A stretch of 64,000 nucleotides of DNA from Octopus sinensis. Lineage: Eukaryota. The DNA is taken from the NCBI RefSeq assembly GCF_006345805.1, contig NC_043007.1, positions 34,534,001-34,598,000 of the forward strand. Direction: 5' to 3'. The notes beneath the pieces are model-generated. The model saw only the letters and a list, made by a program, of their open reading frames with translations. It was not told the origin of the DNA and searched no databases. Shown here piece after piece: positions 52,398 through 64,000 of the stretch (positions are counted from its first letter, which is position 1; each line of letters starts with the position of its first letter). A program made the translations under genes and the position numbers.

Positions 52398-52700
52398 GCA
52401 CCATCGAAAAGTGTCTTGGTGCGACTATGAAAGATATCAAGTATCTAACCAGAGGCGGTAAATTCGCCTCAATAGAAGCAAGGGTCGAGTCAACAGAGCG
52501 TGCAAGGGAGTACTCGACTAACCTTGCAAAGTGGAAATATTTTATTTTTACCTTTATATCTGGGACGTAGGACGTCCCGGATAAGAATTAAAAATGTTCC
52601 CCCAGAAGTAGGTGTAGGCTGGATTGTAGCCACACTTCTATACAAGAGGGAGGACAAGATACAATTGATCGAAATTGCAAGAGACGAGCCTACAATTCCA
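52398..52700 (+). pseudogene. Continuation of the host ORF1 begun at 46902
   Basis: In frame across the TSD: LEE|STIEKCLGATMKDIKYLTRGGKFASIE; then LFLPLYLGRRTSRIRIKNVPPE. Confidence 0.8.
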
Positions 52701-52727
52701 GTCTGTTATATATTTTGAGTATTGTTA

Positions 52728-52873
52728 TCACTAGCGATATCAAGATATAACTTTGTATTTTATGTGTAGATGTATATATATAGATGTACATGTAATATGT
52801 ACACATATATATATTTACACATATATACATGCACTACCACTATGACCCGGCAACGACGGGTCATAATGCTAGT
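52728..52873 (+). mobile_element. Helitron-like 3' end (hairpin plus CTAG|T)
   Basis: TATGACCCG gcaacga CGGGTCATA followed by atgCTAGt. Confidence 0.55.
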
Positions 52874-53534
52874 ACATTAATAAAACAAAAATAAATAGAA
52901 ACATTACTTCATAAAGTATTTATCTTTATTTATAAACCTACAATGAACAGGTCACACAGGGTACAACCTTAAAGTTGACACCGTTCGCTACAACGGAAGT
53001 TTATTATTGGCTAAAAAAACAGCTTTTCGATTTTTAAACGTTTGTAACTTTTACGTCAAATTTTTTTCAATAAATTCTTTGGTTCAAATGAATGTTTAAT
53101 ATGACAAATTTTCAGATTTTTTTACTTCATTTTACAAGGGGGCTGATTTTGTCATTCAAACTTACTAAATCCACACTCTTTCTTGAGCTAAAAAAAATCC
53201 TCTTTCCCGGGTGACAATGTGTGTCAGATTGTTGCACAAGTTCTAGCCGTTTTGATAAAGGAAATCGAAAAGGTTTGAAATGATTTCATCGGCATTTACT
53301 TGTACCAAGAGCAATCTCTCGATAGACAATACGTTGATCTCATAAGTGTCACGTAGTGGAAATAAATGCAATTACCAAACTTTCATTCGTAAGACCCTTT
53401 ATTATTTCGTTTCTTTGCATTTCAATTTGTACATTTGTATTCCCGATTGCGTACAAGCGGATTTGTAAAACGACGTCTTTTATTTATTAATCATTATCTG
53501 CTGATATCAAAATAAGTAGTGTGGTAAGTAGCTT

Positions 53535-55489
53535 CTTACTGCGCATGTGCGAGTCAGTGTTGTGTTTGGCACTGAAGCAGTGAAGATGTGCTTTTGAAGC
53601 CGTCTTGAATTGAAAACTTTGGAAGCCCCATGTAAGGTAAGATTGTTTTCTGGGTCCAGTGGGAGTTTTTGTTGAGAATTGTTTTTTACATGCAGGAAGT
53701 CCTACTGGATTCAGAATTCTGATTCTGCCGACATGTGGCAAATATATTTTTCTCGCTGAGAAAATTTTTGGGGGCGTATCCGTCTTCGATAAAGTGAGTA
53801 AATATTTTTCTCACGTAATTGTGAGAATTGTATTGTGCTGTGAAGAACTACCAATTTTACACCAATTTTTGTGGAAGTTGTGCGATCCTGGTTCGATTTA
53901 GGCCGGGAGTACCAAATGGCCAAAAGGATTTTGCTGTGTTATTGACTTTCTTTTTAACTTTATTTGACTCTCTCCTTTTTTCACTGTGACTTTCTTCGGA
54001 TTTCCTTTTCTCGTTTTTTAGTTTTATTCTGAATACATTTATTTAAAAAAAAAAAAAAAACATGGCAACAAAAGAAACCACTGCTTTGGAATGGGAGGTC
54101 GTCCCACCCAAGCAGTGGATTGAAAGTCTTGAGAAGAGGACGGTGGTCCTACGAACCTATTCTAGGTCGCGTGGAGCCATTGCCCTCTTCGACAGGAATA
54201 CTATAGAGAAAGAGTTGGGGGACCACCTGCCAACTATAAAATTTATTTCTCGGGGGACTAAATTTGCGACGGTGTGGTTGCTAGCAGATTTGCTAGCGAG
54301 CCACTGGAGGGAGAGGAAATTTTGTTCCTCCCCTCGTATTGTGGCAGAAAAGTAAAAAGAGCCTGGGTGTGTAGGCTGCCCCCGGGCACGGAGGCGGAAT
54401 GGATCGAGAAGACCATCCGGCGAGGCCTGGGGGATAGCGGACCCAGACTACTGAGTGTGAAAATGGCTCCCGCAGTCGCCTGGGAGGAGTCAAAGGCAAC
54501 TTTGACCCTGTGGACACCGGTGGCCGTGGGAGAAATGAAATTCCCGGACTTCCTGAGAATGGCTGGGCACAGGTACCCGGTGATACTCGAGGGTCGCCCC
54601 TCCCAAGTGTCACCTGTGCCTGAAGCCCGGACATATCAGGAAGAATTGTCCCGGGGGCCGTGGTGGTGCCCCGGAGCAGAAAGGGGAAAAGGCGCCCGCC
54701 GCCCCCTCATTGGAGGGGGAGACGGTGGAAGTCGTGGAGGAGGTTGCCTCCACGAAAAGAAAGAGACAGGCGAGCAACAATGGTTGCCCGCCAAAGAACG
54801 CTCAGGGGGCGGAGGGGGATAGCAATCCCCCGTGTCTGGTGACGGAGTCCCCTGGGTCAGCAGTCTCCCCCAAAAGAAGGAGGAGAAAAAGGAGAGGTCG
54901 GACGACTGACGTTTCTGTGTCGCCGACGGAGCCGCGGGTGGGATGTGTGCCACCCGCGGACAAGGCTCCGCCAGTAGGAAATGTTCCACTGACGGAGCAG
55001 TGTGAGGTCCCTTCCTGTGAAGAGGAGATGCTTCTCCTCCTTTACCACAAGGGAGAGGAGGTGGAAAGATTTTTGAATGGCTTGGGTGACCGAGAACGTA
55101 AGGACACGGTCGGCTCAAGGAGTCCGTTATGGCCTATGCGGGTAGCTGCGGAAAAAGTAACGGAAGATACTTTGTCAAGGGTCGCAGAGACCTTTGAGAG
55201 GAAAGATTTTACTTTTCTCTTTGCAGGCCCCGACTTGTCGTCGCAGAGTTGTCTGCAGGCGGCAAGACAATTTGCTTCGGGGACCTGACGAGGAGAATTG
55301 TTGAACATTTTTTATGTAATTTGAATCATTGTGAACATTTTATTAAATGTATTTATTGAAACATTGTTTTAGAGAAGCGAAAGTCGGCGGGCGCTTTCGA
55401 CTTCTCCCATCACCATCATCCATTAACGTCCTTGTCCAGCCCGTAGCTACTACTCTGTGTGCTGCCCTAGTGGCAAATTATATAAAATA
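53535..55489 (+). mobile_element. Second, divergent ORF1-only element inserted in a SINE A head
   Basis: Probable TSD AAGTAGCTT (53526-53534 and 55490-55498); tail variant gctgccctagtggcaaattatataaaataa. Confidence 0.65.
54062..55288 (+). pseudogene. Frameshifted ORF1 (CCHC knuckle CHLCLKPGHIRKNC after a frameshift near 54600)
   Basis: RTVVLRTY, FISRGTKFATV, LFLPSYCGRK, LPPGTEAEWI and LEGRP align with the other ORF1s. Confidence 0.75.
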
Positions 55490-55858
55490 AAGTAGCTTGC
55501 TAACCAACCACATGGTTCCGGGTTCAGTCCCACTGCGTGGCATCTTGGGCAAGTGTCTTCTGCTATAGCTCCGGGCCGACCAATGCCTTGTGAGTGGATT
55601 TGGTAGACGGAAACTGAAAGAAACCTGTCGTATATATGTATATGTTTGTATGTGTATGTGTGTCTGTGTTTGTTCCCCTACCATTGCTTGACAACCGATG
55701 CTGGTGTGTTTACGTCCCCGTCACTTAGCGATTCGGCAAAAGAGACCGATAGAATAAGTACTGGGCTTACAAAAGAATAAGTCCCGGTGTCGAGCTGCTC
55801 GATTAAAGGCGGTGCTCCAGCATGGCCGCAGTCAAATGACTGAAACAAGTAAAAGAGT
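55490..55858 (+). mobile_element. SINE family A body
   Basis: Near-consensus; its first bases appear displaced to ~53519. Confidence 0.85.
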
Positions 55859-55974
55859 ATATTGAAAAATAAAAAAAGTATTTTGTAGGGGGAGGGGGCA
55901 TTTGTGACCTCAAGTGTCAAAAGGAGGCAGTTGGCCAAAATGTGTTGAGAACCTTTGGTTTACATTTTGAGCAA

Positions 55975-56046
55975 GGTTTCATGGTGTAATGGTTAGCACC
56001 CTGGACTTTGAATTCAGCGATCCGAGTTCGAATCTCAGGAGGACCT
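55975..56046 (+). tRNA. tRNA-Gln(TTG), probably a pseudogene
   Basis: 72 nt closely matching canonical eukaryotic tRNA-Gln; two acceptor-stem mismatches and one T-stem mismatch; no oligo-T terminator. Confidence 0.75.
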
Positions 56047-56204
56047 TAACTTCTTAAAGCGGTGTTCCAGCATAACCGCAGTCAAGTGACTGAAACGAGC
56101 AAAAGAATATATGGGAGTACCAAGCTTTTTTAAGTGCTTAGGGCCTCTACGGATCATAATCCGGCCCTAGTTGTAAGCATTGTTTAAGTGAGAACATATA
56201 TATA

Positions 56205-56242
<38 letters not shown>

Positions 56243-56664
56243 TTTCAAGCTGAAAATTAAATGACGGAAAAATTAAGTACCAGCTGCAGACATGCTTCGA
56301 AATTCTTACTTCGCAATTATTCGATTCAAAACAGAAAAAAAAAAAAAAAGACAGAAAAACAGTGATTGTTACGGTTAGAAATAAAACTACAATATTCATA
56401 CTTTAAATCGCCACATTTAAGCTCTTCTTAAGACACTTATCTGCCAGGAATTATTTTCCGTAAACAGTTAATTTGGCAGAAACATATATAAAGAAGGAAC
56501 ACAAATGTCTTCAGGTTTACTACAACTGCTTCAGACGTTTTTTTTTTAATTTTTATGTTGACAGAAAAATGAAAACAGTAATTTTCACGGTTAGGAGGAA
56601 TAACACAAAAATATTTATACTTTAAATCGTTACATTTAAGCTCCCCTTAAGACACTTATCTCTT

Positions 56665-56888
56665 AACTCTTACTCGTTTCAGTCATATGACTGCGGTCAT
56701 ACTGGAGCCTTTAGTCGAGCAAATCGACCCCAGGACTTATTCCTTGTAAGCCTAGTACTTATTCTATCGGTATCTTTTGCCGAACCGCTAAATTACGGGG
56801 ACGTAAACACACCACCATCGGTTGTCAAGTGATGTTGGGGGGGGGGGGGGGCAAACACAGACACACAAACATACACACACACACACAC

Positions 56889-56942
<54 letters not shown>

Positions 56943-57102
56943 GACGGGCTTCTTTCAGTTTCTGCTAACCAAATCCACTCAAGGCTTTGGTGGACCCCAG
57001 ACTATAGTAGAAGACACTTGCCCAAGATGCCACGCAGTGGGAATGAACCCGGAACCATGTGGTTGGTAAGCAAGCTACTTACCACACAGCCACTACTGCG
57101 CC
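56665..57102 (-). mobile_element. SINE family A
   Basis: Family similarity. Confidence 0.85.
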
Positions 57103-57326
57103 TATTACCGAGAATTATTTACCATAATCGGATAATTTAGCAGTAAAGAATGAACACTAATGGATTAAAGTTCTCTACATCTGTTTCAAACGTGTTTCCT
57201 TTTATTGATGAATAATTCGATTACGTCTTGCAAAAAATTGTATTCTTCCGACGAATTAAAATTTAGTTCGGAGAAAAAATACTAAGATGTGGAATATAGG
57301 CTGATCATCTCATTTCGGTAGAAAGA

Positions 57327-57439
<113 letters not shown>

Positions 57440-57913
57440 TATAGACAGCTACTTAATGTACACGCATTGTCGATAGGTCATTTAATGTAGTATTTAACAA
57501 GAACTGGGATAGATTCGCTTTCTCTATCTCATGCCGTTTCTTAGGTTAGAATCTGCCAATGGGCTCCGCCTAGTTTAAAATATACAAGACAATTATATGT
57601 CACGGTGTTGTCCCCACGACTTCATCTAGAGTTAATTCCCGGGTGGTTAACTCCCATATCAGTTCATAGACTTGTGCTTTGTTTGTGGCTACAAGGAGGT
57701 TTTTAACATTTCTAGCAGTGTAGGGGCTACAATGCACCCTCAGTCTCTATTAGAGACAGTTGAATTCCTCCTTTTTCGTTTTAGATTGCGTCTAACCAAC
57801 TTTAGTAATTTACAATTTTCGCATTACCGTTTTGCTGAATCAGCCATTATTCATTATGGCAAAAATCTGGATATTGACAGATTGGATTTGACTTAACAAT
57901 CAGTGATGGAGCA

Positions 57914-57965
57914 GTACTACTGATGAGCTTTAATTTCAAGCGAAATTGGCTTTTCAATATAGAAC
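57914..57965 (+). ncRNA. Type I hammerhead ribozyme with intact core
   Basis: cta-CTGATGA-GCTT taatttc AAGC-GAAA-TTG gctttt CAA-TA-tag; lies between ~155-bp direct repeats at 57640 and 57979. Confidence 0.75.
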
Positions 57966-58173
57966 CCTCGCTCGCTGTGGGGCGGTTATCCCCCTGTCAA
58001 TACATAGACATGTGCTATGTTTGTGGCTATAAGGGTTTTCTATTCTTATTTCTACCAATGCAGGTGCTACAATGCGCTCTCAGTCACTATTACTAACAAA
58101 TGAATTTTTCCTTTTTGGTTCAATATTGCATCTAGCGGTGCGATATATATACACACACATATATATGCATATA

Positions 58174-58271
58174 CAGGGTGTCCCAAAAAATGTATACACA
58201 CCTTAAATAATTGTAAATTTGTTATTCTTTGTAAGCCTAGTACTTATTCTATCGTTTTTGGGGATACCCTG
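58174..58271. mobile_element. Tc1/mariner MITE with TA TSD
   Basis: TA-CAGGGTGTCCCAAAAA ... TTTTTGGGGATACCCTG-TA. Confidence 0.7.
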
Positions 58272-58828
58272 TACATAATATATATATATATTTATATATG
58301 CGCACACATAATATATATATACACAATATACATACACAATATATATACAAACAAGCACAATATAAGTATATATATATATATATATACACACAATATATAT
58401 ATTTTTTTATATACATACATACACACACACCTACGTATAATTCGGTTATAGACATATAGAAATGTAATTTCAAATCGATGCAAGATTAGCTTAAATTTGT
58501 AATTACTAACATCTGTGAAGTCTTAATAGCAATTTTCGTTTTAGCAATAAATTAAAATCGATAATAATTATGCAAATATCAAAATTTTAAATATCAAATA
58601 TGTCTGAATATGTCTAAGTCAGAAAACCATTAATGCTGACTTTGGCAAAATTCCATAAAATTTCAGAAGAGATTTGATGTCGATTTTTGGCCATTACAGA
58701 CTAATGAAGATATACTTCTGGTATCGATGTAGTCTTATACTGGCTGCTAATGATCGAGTGATCGACGAATAAGCCAAAACCCCTATTGAGCCTTTCCTGT
58801 GAAGAAAGTGTGTGTGTGTGTGGTTATC

Positions 58829-59052
58829 TGTTTCTTTACTACCCACAAGGGGCCAAACACAGAGAGGACAAACAAGGACAGACAAACGGATTAAGTCGAT
58901 TACATCGCCCCCAGTGCGTAACTGGTACTTATTTAATCGACCCCGAAAGGATGAAAGGCAAAGTCGACCTCGGCGGAATTTGAACTCAGAGCGTAGCGGC
59001 AGACGAAATACTGCTGAGCATTTCGCCCGACGTCCTAACGTTTCTGCCAGCA
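58829..59052 (-). mobile_element. SINE family B with Tx1-like tail
   Basis: Near-consensus copy. Confidence 0.85.
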
Positions 59053-59499
59053 CACCACCTTGTGCGTGTGGTTATCCGTGCCTAACTGCAATGTTTAAAA
59101 CCCCCACAAAGGGCGGTAGATTGGTAGAATGATGATAGTAACGCCATACGGTATTTGTCCCAGTTCTCTGCGTACATGCACAGAGTTCAAATCATACCTA
59201 GGTCAAATTTGCGTTTCATCTAGTGGAGGTTGATAAATAAAGTACTAATCTAATACTGAAGCCGCTCTTCCTCCCTTTTCCCTAGATGCTTTTAAACGGG
59301 CAGAATCGTTAGCACGCCGGGCAATAAACATAACATTTCGTCTTGACGTCCCGAGTTCAAATGCCGCCGGAGTCGACTTTATCTCTCACCCTTAGGGGTC
59401 GGCAAATTAAGTACCAGTGAAACACTGGGATCGTCGTAATCAACTAGTCCCCTCCCAAATTTCAGGTCTTGTGTCTATAGTAGAAAGGATTATCATCAT

Positions 59500-60845
59500 T
59501 ATTATTGTTATAATTTTCTCTTTATCCCACGCTTTGTTTGAGCTCCTGGGGTCTTGCATACGTAGCAGGCTTAACACCTGCAGCCTACTGTACCATGCTA
59601 TTCGTTCTTTTCAGCTATCTAATACTTTACAGATTATTCTGGGTGTGCCAAGGAGGCAAACCGTTTGTAACAGTTCTCCTGGGCACTCTATTCCAATTTC
59701 CTTTATACTTCTCTTGATGCCTTCTTATACTGTTCCCAAGGACCCAACAATAATTGGCACTATCTTCATCCTCTTCATTTTCCATAGCAGGGCTATTCTA
59801 TACTTAAAAAGGCTGTATTTAACAATATTTTCGCTTTCCTTCTTGACTATTCGCGAGTCAAAGGAGCCTGCAATGTCAGCTATATAGCATATGTGGTGCA
59901 CCTTGTCCACAACCACCAGGTCCGGTCTGTTATGCTCTAGCACCTGATCTGTTTGGATTGAGGAATCTCAGGATCTTGCTAGTCTCCGACTCTGCTACTC
60001 TTTGCGGTTTGTGCTCAAATCAAGTCTTGCCTCTCTCTAGCCCCCCACTTTTAGCACAGTTTCCAATGTTGCCCTTCCGCTACCTGGTCGCGTCGCCACA
60101 ACTTGTAGTGGTTTTGGGCAAGTCTAGAGCATTCGTTCGTGATATGGACAATGGTTTCATCCACCCTATTGCAGATACGGCAAAGCGGATACACTTGCTC
60201 ATTCCTAAGGTTGACCCTCCAGGTCGTGGTATAGCTTGGGCTGCCAGTATAGTGCTCTCGGTCTCTTTTTCTAGGGTTCCTTTCATCAGCCAATCCCACC
60301 AATTTCTGTTGTGGCTACATGGACTTCATGTTTTGTCCCTTCTTATGTAATTCTTCTTCATGCTCTTTTTGTACTTCCTTTGTTTTCCCTTTTTTTCTTT
60401 CTCTGCTTTCAGTGCTCCCTCATTCCTAACTGTCACTAGCAAGATTTCCTTACTTTCAGTTAGGTATCTCATTAAGCTCTCAAGTTCAATACGACCGCAG
60501 TCTTCCACACTTATCAGTCCCCTTTTCCAATTTGCCCTCTTCATGTATAGGCGATCAGTGTCTGCACGTAGATAATTGGCTCCATGCCGCAATAGGAGCT
60601 TTCTTGACTCCCTGCCCATCTCCTTTAGCTCCTCCTCTCTCCACTTCAGGATTCTAGCACCATACCGAACTACTGCGACTGCGCGCGAGTTTATTCCCGA
60701 AATTCAGTTTCTGGCATTCAGCTCTGAAACCAATATTTTTCTCACTCGCCGCAGGAACTTAAATTTTGTCTTCTTTCATGTCGTGATGTTTGATTTCATC
60801 TGCCTCAAGTATTCCCAGGTATTTATAGCTGGATTGAGTTGTTGA
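59500..60845 (-). pseudogene. R4/Dong-like RLE retrotransposon, 3' portion, decayed
   Basis: GTLEKETESTILAAQ; CRICNRVDETIVHITNEC; HNRPDLVVVDK..IADIA..KY..VPIIVGSLG. Confidence 0.85.
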
Positions 60846-62446
60846 ATGCCAGACTTGTTCGGGTACGTATTGGCCGGCGTTTTCGCGAACTGGCGGCAGA
60901 ATGGGTTCATTCTCAGATCTGTGCGCCGGGGAGTGGTGACGCTGATCAGGAAGTACCCGAGCAAGGGGGATAGAATAGATAACTTCAGGCCCATCACTCT
61001 GCTGAATGCAGAGGTGAAGATTTTGGCCAAGGTGTTAGCGAAAAGGTTGACGCGTGTCACGGATGGCCTAATCGGGGAAGCACAAACTTGTGCGGTCCCC
61101 GGAAGGACCATTCAGGATAATCTTCACCTTATACGTTACACCGTAGAAGGGTTCGGGAATAATTCTGGCGAAGGTGGGGCACTGGTCCATAACTTACCCA
61201 GGGACAGTTTACCAGTGACCATCTTGTGATCACTGTAACTGACCGGGTGAAGCTGTGGACACTTAAAGTAAAGCTTTCGATAGGGTGAACCATCGGTACT
61301 TGGTGTCTGTGCCTGCACAGTTCAGTCTAGGCATTGGTTTTCTCAGGTGGATTATACAGTTGTACAACAACATCGACTCGATCATTCAGGTGAATGGCTT
61401 CCTTTCGAAGCCGTTCCGCATCAAACGTTCGTCAAGGGTGTCCGCTCTTCCCGCTTATATATGTGATGACTCTCGAGCCATTACTGCGAAAGCCGAGCGC
61501 CATCCCGACGAATCCAGGAGGTGGAGGATCTGTTACATCGTATGCGGACGACATCACCATCATCATGGCCAAGGTGGAACTCCTACAGAATGTGGGAGAT
61601 AGCATCAAGGCTTACGAGACGGTGACAGGAGCAAAAATTAATCGAGAAAAGTCAGTCGGCTTGCAACTCGGCACCTGGAGGGGCAAGTCGATGCCTTCGA
61701 ATAGCATCGTGGGATGCTGGACGGAGGGCCCGGTTAAATTGCTAGGGATCTGGTTTGGTCCAGATATCCAGATAGAAAAGAACTGGTCTGAGGTGGCGAG
61801 CAAGGTGGCTTACGCGGTCGAGACTTGGTCTTGGCGGTGGCTATCCTTGAAAGGGAGGGAGGAGGTGGCCAATGTGTTTATAGCATCGGTCATCACTTAC
61901 CGCCTAACCGTCGTTCCTTGTCCGGATTCGTGGTTGAGCAAGTTGGAGGGGCAAATCTTTCGCTTTCTGTGGAAGGGTACCCCTCTTGTAAGACGTTCTA
62001 TTTGCTATCAGAAGCCGTTAAAGGGTGGGTTAGGAATGCCTTGGCTGTTGATGCGCAAACATGCGCTGAGGTTGAGGCATCTTTGGCTCTACCTGGATGG
62101 TGAAAGGTTGAGTTAGAGAAAAGGTGTCTGTCAGAATGCGAGTTTCGAAAAAGATGGAAGCGTGTGGCACGATTGTTGGGCGTGAAAGACACTACATGAA
62201 CACGCTATGAGTCAGCTACCAAGGTTTCAGTGGAAAAATAGGGCTCGTGGGGTCGGCAATCCTGTTTTTTCTGCATCATGCGTCCTTTTCGTGTTTTTTT
62301 TTTTTTTGTTAATGTGTATCATTCGATTTTCGATTTCATTGTAATTTTTAACCATCATTTAATGTTTTATATCATAGTTTTAACATGACCCCAATCATGT
62401 TGTACAGTTCCCCTCTATGTTGGCCCCTTGTGGGTAATAAAGAAAT
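60846..62446 (+). pseudogene. 5'-truncated, rearranged Tx1 ORF2 copy with 3' tail
   Basis: High similarity to 50155-52140; inverted insert, internal deletion, tail gccccttgtgggtaataaagaaat. Confidence 0.9.
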
Positions 62447-62449
62447 CAG

Positions 62450-64000
62450 AACCTGATCTTAAGCTGTCGCTTATTCATCGATACTTCAGAAAACTGTTTA
62501 TTGTGAGTTGCTTATTTGTTGATTGTTGAATTTATTGTTGTGGAACGTTTTGGTGTACGGCTTTTGGTTGTTGTCTGTGTTGAGACGGACAGGGAGAAAA
62601 TGGACTGCCCCTCCCTAACGGGAGGGATGGCCAGACAAAGGTTGTTTGAAAGTTTGTCAGAACTGTCGACGTCCGAAGAGGAGCTGGAAAGGGTAGTGAA
62701 GAAAATGGATGAAAGACTAGGTAATACATATGCAGGAGTGACGAAGAAGAAGTCGGGAGAAAAGGAGATAAACTTGGTCAAGCTGCCAGGCTTCCAGGAA
62801 TTTATGGAAAAGGAAGACGGTGAAGTCGAACTGTCACCACCAACAAAACGTGGTGAGTGGTTCGATCGCAGGACCGTCAAGTATCGAGTGTATGCAAACG
62901 GAAAGAAAAGAATAGAAATAGTAAGCATGGAAATTATTGAAGAAGCGCTAAAACAAACAGAGGAAGAAATTGTATATTTGACAAGAGGCATGGAATACGG
63001 TACGGTAACGGTTCAATTTAGGAGCGAGAGCGTCGCAAGAAAAATGGCAGCTAAAACAGTGAAAACGGATAAGGTATACCTGCTACCTTCGTACTTGAAC
63101 AGGAAAACCACGCGAATCAGGGTGGAGGGAATACCCCCACACCTAGAAGGCCAATATATAGCAGCAGCTGTAATTAAAGGTAATGAAGAAGAGGTGGATA
63201 TCCTCCATGCCACCATAAAATATGAAGGCTGGAGGGGTGCTACCCTGGATATGAACGTACAGGCGGAGACCGAAACGCTGGAAAGGTTAACGGAAAGCAT
63301 AAGGATGGGAAACATCATCATGAGAGTGTGGGTGGAGGGCAGAGCCCCGCGCTGTTATAAGTGTGGCCTGAGAGGCCACATAAGAGACAACTGCCCTCCC
63401 CTACCAAAGGAAAGTGTGACGGAACCCCAAAGAGAGGAAGAGACTAAGGAGGAAGAACGGAACCAAACAGAAAAGGTAACAACAGAAGAAGAGGAGTCCA
63501 GCAAGAGTGGGAAGAAGGAAGGAAAAAAAGAAAGAGAAAATTAAACAGTACGGAACCCCAATCCACCCCAACACCACCCGCACCATCTGAGTCCCACCCT
63601 TCCCCTGCAGACAGTGAACCCACTCGCTCCCCACCAACAAGAAAACAGAAAAAAGATACACACAGCCAAGACACTAAAAAATAACCCAGGCCCAACGTTT
63701 TATGCATTGCAGGGAAGGAGAAGATAAAAAAGACAATGATAGACTACCAATGGTGTGGTAAGGGACGGAGTAGATACGCAGTAATTGCAAAGGAACAAGT
63801 AGACGAGTTTATAGAAAGGTGCGAAAGTGGGGACTGGGAAATATGTAAAGTGAAAATGGTTGAAGAGATGATGATGGAATTGGAAGAGGAGTTCGAGAGA
63901 AGGATAGAGATGGAGGTATATTATATTGGGACTGAGCATGGGGTATTTGTTTGGGATTGACGACTGAAGGACAGGTAAGTGATGCTAGCGGATGGGGCCG
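62450..64000 (+). mobile_element. Second copy of the 44826 ORF1-only family (runs off the window)
   Basis: Colinear with 44870-46349, including the post-ORF1 sequence gacaggtaagtgatgctagcgg. Confidence 0.8.
62600..63960 (+). pseudogene. ORF1 (CYKCGLRGHIRDNC), with a frameshift before ~63540 and a stop at ~63682
   Basis: ATG at 62600; ORFs 62516-63544 and 63736-63960 join in a common ancestral frame. Confidence 0.8.

Noticed and set aside
53590-53940. Possible minus-strand Penelope remnant in the 5' region of the third ORF1-only element
   Set aside because: Only faint motif resemblance; cannot be supported without a search
56350-56661. ~95-bp diverged direct repeat
   Set aside because: Ordinary old local duplication with no structural signal

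Overview
AT-rich, microsatellite-dense eukaryotic DNA with no host protein-coding gene that I can support. The SINE families look like those I recall from octopus genomes; that is an inference and is not verified. About 1-44 kb is a patchwork of three tRNA-derived SINE families, MITEs, Penelope-like and R4/Dong-like remnants, several hammerhead-ribozyme (HHR) motifs and local inverted or direct duplications. About 44-64 kb is a cluster of same-strand Tx1/L1-superfamily retroelements. It holds one intact full-length LINE (ORF1 with a CCHC knuckle; ORF2 with APE and RT; 12-bp target-site duplication, TSD) inserted into the ORF1 of a relative, a rearranged ORF2 fragment, and three elements that appear to encode only ORF1. 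One of the three is complete with a 16-bp TSD, one has a probable 9-bp TSD, and one runs off the window. The LINE, the ORF1-only elements whose ends are visible and one abundant SINE share a 3' tail. This suggests one autonomous LINE mobilising both HAL1/HeT-A-like ORF1-only partners and a SINE. Alignments and folds were done by eye, so repeat boundaries are approximate.
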